Sequence record: NC_023610.1
DNA length: 64,000 nucleotides
Direction: 5' to 3' (one strand)
The notes below the pieces were generated by a model. That model did not search any database. It was not told the origin of the DNA and saw nothing but the letters and a program-made list of their open reading frames with translations. Of the stretch, positions 34,841 to 44,933 are shown piece after piece. Within the stretch, counting starts at the first letter, position 1; every line of letters begins with the position of its first letter. Made by a program: the position numbers and the translations under genes.

Positions 34841-37522
34841 TTAAGGGAAGGTCCAGTTTAAAGCGCCGGTGGTTGTCGGGTTACCGCTCGAGGCCGGGAT
34901 GGCGAACGGAGCCTTATCAAACGACAAGGAGAAGCCGTCAATCCCTACCACTTTAAAGACTGTTACACTGACGACGTGCGTCGTGTCCGTGGCGACAGTC
35001 CCTACGAGTAATCGGTTCCGGTCAGCGCTTTGTGGACCGTTGGTGACCAGGTAGTCAAACTGTCCATCGGTCAACTGAACGTAAATGTAAAAGGTTTTGT
35101 TACTGGGGTCAGCTATTACGCTGGTCAGGTTGACGGTTTTCTTCGGCGCACGACCTTTGATACCCGCAATCTGGCAATATACCTCTTCTGAGAAGTATAC
35201 GTTCCAGCTCCCCTTCACTGCCTGCGTTGCAATTACCTTGGCTTTGGTGGTTGGCCCTGACAACACACTCGTCTTGGTTCGTCCGTACGACATCACCGTC
35301 AGGGTGGTTTGTACGAATAAACTGTCGACACTGGTGTTCATCGCCACCACCCCTAACGAGGAGGGGAGAGCAAAGAGTTCGTCTTGGTTCGCGTACCCAT
35401 GACCTTGGTAATCTCGAATGGCGAACATCGCACCATCGCTGTCATTGAATCCCACCGCCTGCGTCGGATGTCCAGAGTTACCCGGATAACTGGCGGAGAA
35501 TGGAATCGACCCGCCCACAAAGGTGTAGTCGGTTTGTTCAGCAATGGTCATCCCGATACCACCGGCTCCCACGTTCACCACGGAGATAACACCCGTCGCG
35601 ACTTGTGCAGACAATCGTTTTTGAGTAATCGACACCGCAGACAACGTCCCGCCCGACCATCCGGTTTTATCCCCCATTGTCAGGAAACTAAAACCTGCCC
35701 CATCGCCCATGATAATCAAAGTCAGTGATACGAACTTGTTGGCCAACTTCTTCGTCAGAATGCGCGGGATGGCGACCACCGTGTGCATACTGCGAATTGT
35801 CCCTACCCCGCCCAACTCAGCGCGTGCAGATGCTTCAATTGCATCGAAGACCGCTGCCGTCACTGTAGTATCATTCGTCCCTATCCCGTATTGGTCAAGG
35901 TTAGAAGACCCACTGGGTGCGTCGCGGGTAAACGTATTGGACAACCGGACATTAAAGTTGACATCAATCTCTGTTAACATCCGGGAAGTTTCCATCCCCC
36001 CGGTCGCTTCCCTCCCCGTGTCCAATGCCCACGTCGAGGTGGTGCCGTCCGGGTAGTTGAACACCGTGGTATCGTTGTAGTTGATACCGGTGATGTTCGC
36101 CTGCCCGCCATCGAAAGAGACGCGGAGTTTATCCTTCGCTAGCACTTTCGGGATACGGATACTCACCGTCAGGGGCGTAGGGTAGTTACCTTTATACGCA
36201 TACGGCGGTTTCCCACTGAAGTTACGTTGTTTCGGGTCCAACCACACCGCATCAGGAACCACCCCAAGGTACTGTTGTTGGGAAGTCCCGTAGACCACAG
36301 AGTTGGTTTGTGTCAACACTTCTTTCGTGCGCGGACAGCGGCCAAACGACGGTCTGACGTTACCCAGCCCCGAAAGACCGTACTTAACTGTATCCGGGTA
36401 AGAAGCCAAACCATTGATAACGATGCTGTTGGCGTTGGTGTCACCTACCGCTTGTGTCGGACCCAACGAGTTGGGTTGCCAGGTAAAGGTCTTCGTTATC
36501 AGGTTAACATCCACTTGACGGCTGACCTGAACACGGATGGAAGCACCGCTCGCCAAACTCACCCATTGTTCATGGACGAAGAAAAGACGATACGTATCAC
36601 CCGACAAGAATGTGGCGTGGATACTCGGCGGCTGAATCATCGGCGCGGTTGCTGGGAGGTTATCCGTCCATTCGAAATAGACCGAGTCATTCCCTAAACC
36701 AGGTACCCCAGTGGTGTAGTACTTTGACACCGCAATCGCATCCCAGCTGTTGAACTGGTTGCCGTGAATGTCTTTACCCGTCCAACCTAAGAGTTGGGTT
36801 GCAGCACTTGCTGGGTTACCCGTGTACGTTTCCATTTTATCCACCACGATAGACAAGGCTACACCTTGCGTGTCGTTGAGGTTGTAATGGAAATGGTAGA
36901 GACTACCCTTGTGCGCCAGTACGCAAGAAAGGCTCGGGGTCCAGGTGCTACCGATAATCCCTTTCAGTCCGGTCGCGTGGGCAGCCGGGTCCAGTGTCCC
37001 CGTACGCTCACTGACCGCAAAGAAAGAACGGTTGTTTACACTATCCCTGACCAGTAACGCCACCTGTGTCTCCAGACCGTTTATCACGGCGATAGGACGT
37101 TGGGTGTCTGGTAGGTACGACGGTTGCCAGATGTTCGCTAACGGACTGTATCCTTCGACATTCCCTAACGCATTGACATTGTACTTGCAGAGGTAAACCC
37201 CGTACTGCGAACCGTCACATCCTGCCCGGAGATAGTTACGTGACCCGTCTGCTTCGACGTTGTACGCAATCCCCGGGTTGTAAGTCGCCGCCCCTTCGTA
37301 CTTCACCGAGATATTTGGCGGGATGAACCCCAGGTCGCCGAACTGGGACAACGGAAGGTCACCAGAACCTGCTATCAGGGCGAGTTTCGCATCCACCTGG
37401 TCTTTGGTGTACGTCCCGACTTGTTCGGTGGTAACCTCGTTTGGGTTTGCCCCGTCATCAATGGCCTGCTGGTAATCGGTCACCGATTTGATGGTCTCAC
37501 CAACACTCACCGATTTTACCAT
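34841..37522 (-). CDS. Large tail fibre / receptor-binding protein
   Basis: 893 aa, beta-rich; N-terminal NPNEVTTEQVGTYTK...LPLSQFG anchor module. Confidence 0.65.
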   Translation of the reverse strand: MVKSVSVGETIKSVTDYQQAIDDGANPNEVTTEQVGTYTKDQVDAKLALIAGSGDLPLSQFGDLGFIPPNISVKYEGAATYNPGIAYNVEADGSRNYLRAGCDGSQYGVYLCKYNVNALGNVEGYSPLANIWQPSYLPDTQRPIAVINGLETQVALLVRDSVNNRSFFAVSERTGTLDPAAHATGLKGIIGSTWTPSLSCVLAHKGSLYHFHYNLNDTQGVALSIVVDKMETYTGNPASAATQLLGWTGKDIHGNQFNSWDAIAVSKYYTTGVPGLGNDSVYFEWTDNLPATAPMIQPPSIHATFLSGDTYRLFFVHEQWVSLASGASIRVQVSRQVDVNLITKTFTWQPNSLGPTQAVGDTNANSIVINGLASYPDTVKYGLSGLGNVRPSFGRCPRTKEVLTQTNSVVYGTSQQQYLGVVPDAVWLDPKQRNFSGKPPYAYKGNYPTPLTVSIRIPKVLAKDKLRVSFDGGQANITGINYNDTTVFNYPDGTTSTWALDTGREATGGMETSRMLTEIDVNFNVRLSNTFTRDAPSGSSNLDQYGIGTNDTTVTAAVFDAIEASARAELGGVGTIRSMHTVVAIPRILTKKLANKFVSLTLIIMGDGAGFSFLTMGDKTGWSGGTLSAVSITQKRLSAQVATGVISVVNVGAGGIGMTIAEQTDYTFVGGSIPFSASYPGNSGHPTQAVGFNDSDGAMFAIRDYQGHGYANQDELFALPSSLGVVAMNTSVDSLFVQTTLTVMSYGRTKTSVLSGPTTKAKVIATQAVKGSWNVYFSEEVYCQIAGIKGRAPKKTVNLTSVIADPSNKTFYIYVQLTDGQFDYLVTNGPQSADRNRLLVGTVATDTTHVVSVTVFKVVGIDGFSLSFDKAPFAIPASSGNPTTTGALNWTFP

Positions 37523-38070
37523 GACGTATTCCCCGCACTGTTCGAAACAGGGATGGCGTTCCCGCGGCGGGTGTTAGACAGACGCTTACCGCCAATCTGG
37601 ATGACTGGAGTAAAATCGGTCAACGTTGCACTGGTACCTGTCCCCACTGCTTTACCGAGATACATCAACGTATTCGACTCAGCCTGTTCAGTCGCACTGA
37701 CCACGTAGGTCAACGCCCCCACATCTGCCTTCAGGTAAATGAAGTTCGTTGCCCCGGAGGTTTTGGTGATAGTCAGGGTACTGACCGGAAGAACCACACG
37801 GATACCCGCCAACAAGGAAGGAACGGCAGTGTTAATCTTCAGCCCTGCGCTATCGACCGCCACGGAAATGGCGAAGGTGTCGGATTGTCCCCAGTAAGAA
37901 ATGGGAACGTCACTCAACTGGAGTTTGGCGGCGAGCAGAGAATCAATTTCGGTTTTGGTGTACGCATTGATTTGAGCGGCAGTAACGTTGGTCGGGTTAT
38001 TGGTGTTATTAACGAATTGAGTAACAAAATCTAATACGGGCTTGAGTACCGCTCTGAGAGATACTTTCAT
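37516..38070 (-). CDS. Small tail-fibre-associated virion protein
   Basis: NPTNVTAAQINAYTK...DVPISYWG module shared with 34841..37522. Confidence 0.65.
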   Translation of the reverse strand: MKVSLRAVLKPVLDFVTQFVNNTNNPTNVTAAQINAYTKTEIDSLLAAKLQLSDVPISYWGQSDTFAISVAVDSAGLKINTAVPSLLAGIRVVLPVSTLTITKTSGATNFIYLKADVGALTYVVSATEQAESNTLMYLGKAVGTGTSATLTDFTPVIQIGGKRLSNTRRGNAIPVSNSAGNTSW

Positions 38071-38096
38071 GTTACACCCTTTATGGTTTAATCAGA

Positions 38097-38126
38097 ATAA
38101 AGAGAGGGGACGAATCCCCTCTTCTT
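38097..38126 (-). terminator. Intrinsic terminator
   Basis: AGAAGAGGGGA-TTCG-TCCCCTCTCT-TTTATT. Confidence 0.75.
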
Positions 38127-38132
38127 AGATTA

Positions 38133-40709
38133 CTACGCGGTGGTACCATCGTCGTACTTGATATCACCGTTGACGGTCAGGTCGCGGTCGACTGTACCGG
38201 TCAGCGCCAGAGATACGCCGTAACCATTGCTGGTCGCTTTGATTTCCGTGCTGTCTGCGATACCGAAGGTCGGCGACGCCATCAGCATCACACGCTCAGT
38301 GCTCAGTGCCATGAAGACTTCGTTCGTGTACTCGTTAAAGTAGAAACGGGATTTACGAAGCGGGCCCTCGAAGCCTGCCACATTGGTCCAAGCACCTTTG
38401 GCGTAACTGTAGGTCTTCGCCCCAACAACGTCAGTGAAGACGAAGTTCAGGCTCGGCCAGTTATCCGGTTTGAAGGTGACATCAGCCAGGTCAGTGGTTG
38501 GGGTCAGTAAGCCAGCACCGAAGACGTATGCCAGGTCAGTCAACGTCAGACCCGTTTCGGTCAGGATGTTGGTCAACGGATACGTTGCGGTGAAGATTTG
38601 CGTAGTCCCGTTCTTCAGGATAATCTGAAGGTTAACGCCACGGGTGATTTTCGCGCTGTAGGTCAGGGTTGCTCCTGCGGCGGCACTTAACGCAGTTTCT
38701 GCTTTCGCATCCACCAACGTCCCTTGGCTGTCCAGGTACACTTCCGTCACGCCGGTGGTACGAATACGCGCCGCCATGAAGTTGTCTTCCATGTTACCGG
38801 ACCCGGTATCCACCTGGTAGTACACTAACGGTAAGTACACCGCAATGCCCGCACGCATGGTGAATGTCCCGGTAAAGGTCAGGACGGACGGTAAGACGTC
38901 GTACTCGTTGTCCGTGAACTGCCACGCCAGGGTTGGGGTACCGGTGTTGTTCCCTTTGGTCACGAGACCCAAACGAGACGCAGTCCAGTCGCCTTCCACA
39001 GTGGAGTCAGCCAGCAGGCCTTCAAACGGGGCACGGGTGATGATGTCGTTCACCCAACCGGTGTTCGCCGTCAAGTGATAACCATCAACCAACAGCGTAT
39101 CCAGCAAAGCACCCGCCGTTGATGGAATCATGTACTTGTCTGGCGCACCATTCAGTACATCCGTTTCCGACGCTGCCGCGTAGTTCTGTACCTGACCCAA
39201 CCCAATCGAGTCTTTGGTTACAGGTTCAGCACCCGCTGCAATCATGTCGTGCACGGGACCGTTCAGGAAGATACGCAGGTCAGCCGCAGAGACGTATTTG
39301 TCGTCTGCTGTCATCGCCAGAATATCAGCGTCTTCTGCCATACCGTAGTTCTGAACATTGCCGAGGCCGACCTGTGCTTTGGTCGTGTTATGCGGGTTGT
39401 TGTAATCCGCGATGTGCGCAGCAATACCATCGCTACCGGTGGCTTTCAGAATCTGGTTCACCAGGTAAGCGGTCATCAGCTTATCGGTGGCCGTCCCTGC
39501 AATGGCTTCCTGTAGCGTTGCCACCCCGTAGTTTGGCACGTTACCTAAACCTACCTGGTCTTTGGTGACCTGGTGCGGGTTACTGAAGTCCAACAAGTGT
39601 GCGGAGAGACCCTGACCCGAACCGTTGGAGATAGCTTGCGCTACCAGGTACGGAGACATAAAGGTGGTGGTACTGGTTCCCGAAATCGCTTCGGCCAATG
39701 TCGCCATCGCATAGTTCGGTACGCTACCCAGACCCACTTGCGCCTTCGTGACGTTATGCGGGTTGTTGGTGTTCCCGGTGTGCGACGCCAGCGCCAACGG
39801 AGCCAATACGTCAATGGCCGCTTTAGTCAGTGCAGGTGTCATGAAGCGGTTGGTTGCTACACCCGCTTGTGCCTCCACAACGGTCGCCGTCTGGTAGTTG
39901 TCAACTGACCCTAAACCAACCTGGGCTTTCGTTGTACCGTGCGGGTTGTCCGTCCGATTCGCGTGCGCATTAATCATCGGAACAATGAACTTGTTAGTGA
40001 AGTCCATCACACGCAATGACGTCATGTACTTGACGTTGTCAGTACCGGTCTCGGCTTCTTCTTTACTGGCCGGAACCAGGTTACCCAGGTCATCAATGCC
40101 CAAGTCAGCCAAGGTAATGTGGTGCGGGTTGGCGTGGTCAGCAATGTGCTCAAGGAGAGCCTGAAGCGCTTTGTTGTACCCGGCTTCCTGTGCGTCAATC
40201 AAGTCATACAGGCGAGCCACCACTTCATTCATCCCGACCATGTCGTCCACATTGTGACGATGCGGTACCGGTGGTAACTCATCCGGGATGTCCACTACCG
40301 CAGCCCAGGTCACGGTGCGCGGGTCAAGCTGTTTGTTGGCCAGCAGCGTCGTAATCTGGTTGATATCCAGAACGAACTCGCCACCCAGCGTCTGATAATC
40401 AATTTCGACTATCAGGTTTGCCTGCGGGTCGTTCATGACGATAGCACCGTAAATAGGTTGCATCGCCCCCGACAGAATCATCTGGTCAAAACGGAAACCG
40501 AAGTAATAGTCGTACCCTGGACGTAACGGCAACTGGGTTGCGGCATTCCGTAGCACGAAACCACGTCGGTGAAACGGTCCCTTGGTAGGGATAAAGAAGT
40601 TCGTCTGACCGTTGCCCACAGGCGTAATGGTATGACGCTCCTTAGTAATCTTGTTGTTCGTATTCGTCCCGTATGGGTCAAACTCGAACTCGTACGCTTT
40701 CGTTACCAT
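38133..40709 (-). CDS. Tail fibre protein (phiKZ gp145-like) with NPH repeats
   Basis: MVTKAYEFEFDPYG start (RBS GAGG); about 5 NPH..TKAQVGL repeats. Confidence 0.8.
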   Translation of the reverse strand: MVTKAYEFEFDPYGTNTNNKITKERHTITPVGNGQTNFFIPTKGPFHRRGFVLRNAATQLPLRPGYDYYFGFRFDQMILSGAMQPIYGAIVMNDPQANLIVEIDYQTLGGEFVLDINQITTLLANKQLDPRTVTWAAVVDIPDELPPVPHRHNVDDMVGMNEVVARLYDLIDAQEAGYNKALQALLEHIADHANPHHITLADLGIDDLGNLVPASKEEAETGTDNVKYMTSLRVMDFTNKFIVPMINAHANRTDNPHGTTKAQVGLGSVDNYQTATVVEAQAGVATNRFMTPALTKAAIDVLAPLALASHTGNTNNPHNVTKAQVGLGSVPNYAMATLAEAISGTSTTTFMSPYLVAQAISNGSGQGLSAHLLDFSNPHQVTKDQVGLGNVPNYGVATLQEAIAGTATDKLMTAYLVNQILKATGSDGIAAHIADYNNPHNTTKAQVGLGNVQNYGMAEDADILAMTADDKYVSAADLRIFLNGPVHDMIAAGAEPVTKDSIGLGQVQNYAAASETDVLNGAPDKYMIPSTAGALLDTLLVDGYHLTANTGWVNDIITRAPFEGLLADSTVEGDWTASRLGLVTKGNNTGTPTLAWQFTDNEYDVLPSVLTFTGTFTMRAGIAVYLPLVYYQVDTGSGNMEDNFMAARIRTTGVTEVYLDSQGTLVDAKAETALSAAAGATLTYSAKITRGVNLQIILKNGTTQIFTATYPLTNILTETGLTLTDLAYVFGAGLLTPTTDLADVTFKPDNWPSLNFVFTDVVGAKTYSYAKGAWTNVAGFEGPLRKSRFYFNEYTNEVFMALSTERVMLMASPTFGIADSTEIKATSNGYGVSLALTGTVDRDLTVNGDIKYDDGTTA

Positions 40710-40785
40710 GGAAAAAGTTCCTCGAGGTTTATTCACCCGGCCGGATGGGTAGACATAGAATTTAACCGTTTTCAGGAGTTAGCTC

Positions 40786-42039
40786 ATGCTACGTGTGATT
40801 TCCGCCCAAGTTATAGCCGCCGGGACATCTGGCGGGTGGCAAACCGCCAACTTGGCGGACGTGCCGATGTTTCAATCGTTTAAGCGCTACTCGGCCGCTA
40901 TCGTACGGGTGTACGACACCGTAGCCGATACCAACGGCTACCTCGACCTTTATTCTCTCCCGGTGGTGACCCGCAGTTCAGCCATGACCCTGAAGGCCTA
41001 CCTGGAGATTGCGGTAGGGTTAATCGTCTTAACCGACAGTCCCGTTACCCGCTCAACGACTCCCCGTGTGGCGTCCTATTACGCCGGGGCATACGGCTAC
41101 GCACTGAAAGGGTTCAACAACAACTTCCACCCGGATACCGAATTGCTTCCGGACCAGAAGATTGACTTGTTGGTCTACCATAATGATATCAGTGATTATC
41201 GACGCCTCCAGGCGAATGCGCTCTTTGCAGTCAACGGGTTGTTCCACAAGTCTGACTACACCGAAGACGGTATCGTGTTGTTTGACGGTGGCCGTACAGT
41301 CACCAAAGGGAACGACAACCGAGTAACGGTACTGGACTTCTCGTCATTGGGTGGGGTAACGCTGCTACCGATTACCAACGAGATGATTCGTTCCACCAAG
41401 GACACCATCGGTCTTGAAGACAGCCTGTACATTGACCTCCCGGAAACGCTGGAAGGGAAAACCCTGTTCGTGGTTATCGGCGGGATGCTGTATCCCCTGA
41501 ACTCATCATTCGACATGGTGAGCTCCACTCGGGTCCGGTTGACTCTGAAACACTACGACCTGGTTGAGTGGTTCATCGACAACTATACCCTGATGGATTT
41601 ATCGGCACTGCCAATGACCATGGACGTTAATGACCCGGCCAAGTTCGTGGAAGGGGAGTTCCACACCGATGCGTTTGTGCGTGCTGTACTGACCATGAGC
41701 CAAACGTTCTTTGTGGTTATCCCGACGACGGGTATCACCGTGGAGAAGGTTCGCCTTGGTGAGACTGACCAACCGGGTTTATACCGTGCACCTAACGACG
41801 CTGACCCCGACGTCCCGGTGATGATTGGCAACGGGTATGTGGTGGCGTACAACGTCAGTTACCAATGGGGGTTCAATGCCCTGGCGGTACCGAACAACCA
41901 GATGTTCAACCGCATCTGGAAAACAACAACCAAGGAAGACAACCTCGGTACGAACTACCAACTGTTGCGTGACCAGAACGAGACTAACCGTCCGCTCAAA
42001 CGTCCCGCAGCGCATTTGCTCTACATCAGCAAACCGTAA
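40786..42039 (+). CDS. Virion structural protein
   Basis: 417 aa; RBS AGGAG; conserved LFAVNGLFH motif of phiKZ-like virion proteins. Confidence 0.6.
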   Translation: MLRVISAQVIAAGTSGGWQTANLADVPMFQSFKRYSAAIVRVYDTVADTNGYLDLYSLPVVTRSSAMTLKAYLEIAVGLIVLTDSPVTRSTTPRVASYYAGAYGYALKGFNNNFHPDTELLPDQKIDLLVYHNDISDYRRLQANALFAVNGLFHKSDYTEDGIVLFDGGRTVTKGNDNRVTVLDFSSLGGVTLLPITNEMIRSTKDTIGLEDSLYIDLPETLEGKTLFVVIGGMLYPLNSSFDMVSSTRVRLTLKHYDLVEWFIDNYTLMDLSALPMTMDVNDPAKFVEGEFHTDAFVRAVLTMSQTFFVVIPTTGITVEKVRLGETDQPGLYRAPNDADPDVPVMIGNGYVVAYNVSYQWGFNALAVPNNQMFNRIWKTTTKEDNLGTNYQLLRDQNETNRPLKRPAAHLLYISKP

Positions 42040-42048
42040 GGTGTAACC

Positions 42049-42633
42049 ATGTTCGAAAAACTGGAAGCGGCTGTCGGCAGTAAAGTGTTGTACGGGGTCA
42101 TCTGGATTGCGACCCTGACCTTCACGTACTGGTTCGGCGGACACATTGAAAAAGAGAAGACCACGGCGGTCGACTCGGCGGTCTCGAGTGTCTCCACGCA
42201 ATTGGGGACTATCCTGACCAATCAAATTAACACGCAGGTCGGTGGGATAAACGCCAGACTGCTTGGAGATACCAATGCGATTAACCTCATTCTTCAAGGT
42301 GGCTTCAAAAACAATGACGATGCTGATGCTCGTCTGCATAACCTCACTAATGCTGGGGTGTACGTCAAAGCCAGTCCTGGTACCCCAGGCGAAACCAAAG
42401 CCGCTGGTACTGCCGCCGCTGGACCCGGCAATAATGCAACCTATCGAGCCCAACTTTCAGACCAGGCTCGAGACTTTTTTGCAGGCGAAGCTAAACGCGC
42501 CAACCAATGTGCCGTTCAACTCAAAGGCGCTCAAGATACCCTCTTGAGTTGGCAGCGCGCTGTTGATGAGTACAACCGAACTGTTGCTGACCCCAATGGT
42601 TACGACCGCGTTCAACTACCCGATAAAAAATAA
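42049..42633 (+). CDS. Rz: Inner-membrane spanin (Rz-like)
   Basis: N-terminal transmembrane segment; NDDADARLHNL...GVYVKA...LSDQARDFF...A.RAN.CA.QL pattern typical of Rz. Confidence 0.75.
   Translation: MFEKLEAAVGSKVLYGVIWIATLTFTYWFGGHIEKEKTTAVDSAVSSVSTQLGTILTNQINTQVGGINARLLGDTNAINLILQGGFKNNDDADARLHNLTNAGVYVKASPGTPGETKAAGTAAAGPGNNATYRAQLSDQARDFFAGEAKRANQCAVQLKGAQDTLLSWQRAVDEYNRTVADPNGYDRVQLPDKK
42275..42547 (+). CDS. Rz1: Outer-membrane lipoprotein spanin (Rz1-like), embedded in Rz in the +1 frame
   Basis: RBS GGAG 6 nt before the ATG; lipobox LMLG-C; Pro-rich LVLPPLDPAIMQP. Confidence 0.8.
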   Translation: MRLTSFFKVASKTMTMLMLVCITSLMLGCTSKPVLVPQAKPKPLVLPPLDPAIMQPIEPNFQTRLETFLQAKLNAPTNVPFNSKALKIPS

Positions 42634-42676
42634 AAAAAGAACCTCCTGAGGACCCGAAGGTCCTCAGGGGTTTTAT
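42630..42676. terminator. Bidirectional terminator
   Basis: CCTCCTGAGGACC-CGAA-GGTCCTCAGGGG flanked by A- and T-runs. Confidence 0.85.
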
Positions 42677-43380
42677 GCTGCGATGGGAAAGGAAGGTGTG
42701 AAGTTGGCGCTATACCTTGCTTTGCGATAGCAGGCAAATTCCGGGATATAAAGGTTGGAAGCAGTACCATCGCCAATCTGAAAGATGGTTGACGCCGCAA
42801 TGTTGGTCAACGAGTCCCGTTCAGTCAGACTGTAATCGCTCCCCGTGAATACTGCTAACCCTTGCTTCACCCCATTCAGGTAGACGGAGATTTTCCCGTT
42901 ACGTCGCTGCATGACGAAATGTATCCAGCGATTAGTTCCGGTTGCTCGCGTTGTACTGGTTGAGTAGTTCGAGTTACCTATATCAGGTTGGGTTGAAACC
43001 TGTAACCGGTTACCGTACCCGTTATCCCCAAAGCGCATGATTAACCCGCCCCAACTGGATGTATTCGGGCGTTGGTACATCAAAGTCGTATAACCATTAC
43101 TGGTCTGGGTACAATAGAAAGGAAATTCAATCGTGAAATCCCCGGTCCCTACATCCATTGACGTCAATGGGATGATGGGGAACTGTTTGGTTCCCGTGAA
43201 CAGTGCCTTGCTGTACCCCGAAAGGGCTACCGGTGGTGTGACCACATCACTAGCAACCAGGTTAGTGAGACTGATAACCTGTTTCCCGGTCGATAGTCCT
43301 TTCTCGAAATTATAACCGATATAGGGCTGCTCGCCCGGAACAAATCCGTTCTTCTTACCGAGGAGTATGGCTTCTAACAT
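42673..43380 (-). CDS. Virion protein with LamG/ConA-like domain
   Basis: GTGDFTIEF, WIHFVMQRRNGKISVYLNGV and RKARYSANFTP motifs; N-terminal MLEAILLGKK. Confidence 0.75.
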   Translation of the reverse strand: MLEAILLGKKNGFVPGEQPYIGYNFEKGLSTGKQVISLTNLVASDVVTPPVALSGYSKALFTGTKQFPIIPLTSMDVGTGDFTIEFPFYCTQTSNGYTTLMYQRPNTSSWGGLIMRFGDNGYGNRLQVSTQPDIGNSNYSTSTTRATGTNRWIHFVMQRRNGKISVYLNGVKQGLAVFTGSDYSLTERDSLTNIAASTIFQIGDGTASNLYIPEFACYRKARYSANFTPSFPIAA

Positions 43381-43390
43381 GGTCTACCCC

Positions 43391-44140
43391 TTAAGGAATG
43401 ATTTCCAAAACAGGACGCCAACCTAAATAGGCCTGAACGTCAGTGATAACAGGTGCACCCACTGTCCAGATGCTACTCCAGACGGTTGCAGCACGGGCTA
43501 GGCTGTCGTTGGCATTGACCTGCTCACGACACAACTGTAATCCGCCGGGTGTAGTGGTACCACCAATCAACATCAGGTCATTGACCGGGTCGTACGTTTC
43601 CCACTTCGGACCTTCCTGCGCAGAAACAGTAGTGGAGACAATATTGGGAATCAACCGCATCCAATCCGACCCCAACATCTCCGTTCGGTTAGTGTAGTTC
43701 CCGTTATAAGGGAGTTTACCCAGACCGGGTTGCAGGACGTTCCACAACATGACCTTGTACGTAACCCCGTTCAATACGATGGTCCGTAACTGGTTACGCG
43801 GCGTTCCGTTGTTGAACAGCCCGTTGTCGTTTGACCCCCAGACTAAACCCGAAGAGTAAAGCGCACTCCACCCGTAAGCAGAGGTGATGGGTTTCTTCGG
43901 TGTATAGAGGAGGCGACCGTCAATCCCGAATTTCAACCACGGGATGGTTGTGTTGATAGCCGACCCCACATTGCCCCCGAGTGCTCGCAATGCGGCTACT
44001 GAGGGCATAGCGCTGTTCGCCACCTCTCCGTAGAACTCCGTAAAACGCGCACTGTTGTTGGGGTCGACGTATCGCCCAATGGGCGTGGTCGCTCCGGGGT
44101 ATCTACCGCTTTTCTTCCCAGCTAACAAAAGTTCTTGCAT
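43391..44140 (-). CDS. Virion structural protein (phiKZ gp131-family-like)
   Basis: MQELLLAGKK start; FYGEV, WLKFGIDGRLLYTPKKP, LYSSGLVWG, YKVML and GWRPVLE motifs. Confidence 0.7.
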   Translation of the reverse strand: MQELLLAGKKSGRYPGATTPIGRYVDPNNSARFTEFYGEVANSAMPSVAALRALGGNVGSAINTTIPWLKFGIDGRLLYTPKKPITSAYGWSALYSSGLVWGSNDNGLFNNGTPRNQLRTIVLNGVTYKVMLWNVLQPGLGKLPYNGNYTNRTEMLGSDWMRLIPNIVSTTVSAQEGPKWETYDPVNDLMLIGGTTTPGGLQLCREQVNANDSLARAATVWSSIWTVGAPVITDVQAYLGWRPVLEIIP

Positions 44141-44153
44141 GGTTTCATCCTCG

Positions 44154-44924
44154 TTACGCGCTGGGGTAAAGGGTTGCCGTGTCCGCAGTGAACCCGGTGG
44201 TCGGGAACAGTGCCCCGGCACGCAGTCGGTAACGTTCTACCATCCCCCTGACATCGGGACTGTTAGCCACAGACTGCGACATGATACCGACCTGTTGGTT
44301 ACCCGTTGGAGTCAGAATCGTGTACGTCAACGTGTCAATCAACACCCCGTTACAGAAGAAGTAAACCTTGCCGCCAGAGTACATGACTGCAATGTGTTTC
44401 CAGTCGGTGCCGTAGAATGCATCGTTCTGTTTCGTTCCGTTGATTCTGGGCGCAGCCTGATTGTTCCAAATCCCAACCAAGCGGGCGGTGTTGGCGTACC
44501 CCAAGGTACACTGCAACCGGTTGGTCCAGTAGCCGTTTACCGTGAGGTCGGGATAAACAATCAGGGGGATTAACGGTTGGTGTTTGTTAACCGGGGAAAG
44601 GACGTCCAAGTCCCGTTTCCAATAATCCACTGTCCAGGCACTGGTCACAAATCCTGGTGCAATAGTCCCGGGTGGAGTGGCGACAGAACCATGTCCCATT
44701 TCCACACCCTTTCCGTATTGAAAACTTTCGGCACCCAATGAAGGTAATAGTGGGGGCACTGCTGCACCGGCGGTTGGGATAACACTGGTGACCTTCAAAG
44801 TTTTTCCGGTGTAATCGACAAAACCAGTGTCCCTGAAGATACTCGAGTCCCACGCCAACATCTCAGTGCCCAATGCCCACGCTGCGGACGGTTTCCTTCT
44901 TCCCATCAAGAGCGCTTCAATCAT
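44154..44924 (-). CDS. Virion protein with LamG/ConA-like domain
   Basis: MIEALLMGRRK start; AWTVDYW and WKHIAVMYSGGKVYFFCNG motifs. Confidence 0.7.
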   Translation of the reverse strand: MIEALLMGRRKPSAAWALGTEMLAWDSSIFRDTGFVDYTGKTLKVTSVIPTAGAAVPPLLPSLGAESFQYGKGVEMGHGSVATPPGTIAPGFVTSAWTVDYWKRDLDVLSPVNKHQPLIPLIVYPDLTVNGYWTNRLQCTLGYANTARLVGIWNNQAAPRINGTKQNDAFYGTDWKHIAVMYSGGKVYFFCNGVLIDTLTYTILTPTGNQQVGIMSQSVANSPDVRGMVERYRLRAGALFPTTGFTADTATLYPSA

Positions 44925-44933
44925 ACCTCCCCC

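Noticed and set aside
31818-40709. Periodic DNA repeats suggesting a CRISPR or satellite array
   Set aside because: The repeats are degenerate at the DNA level and conserved at the protein level (tail-fibre NPH repeats).
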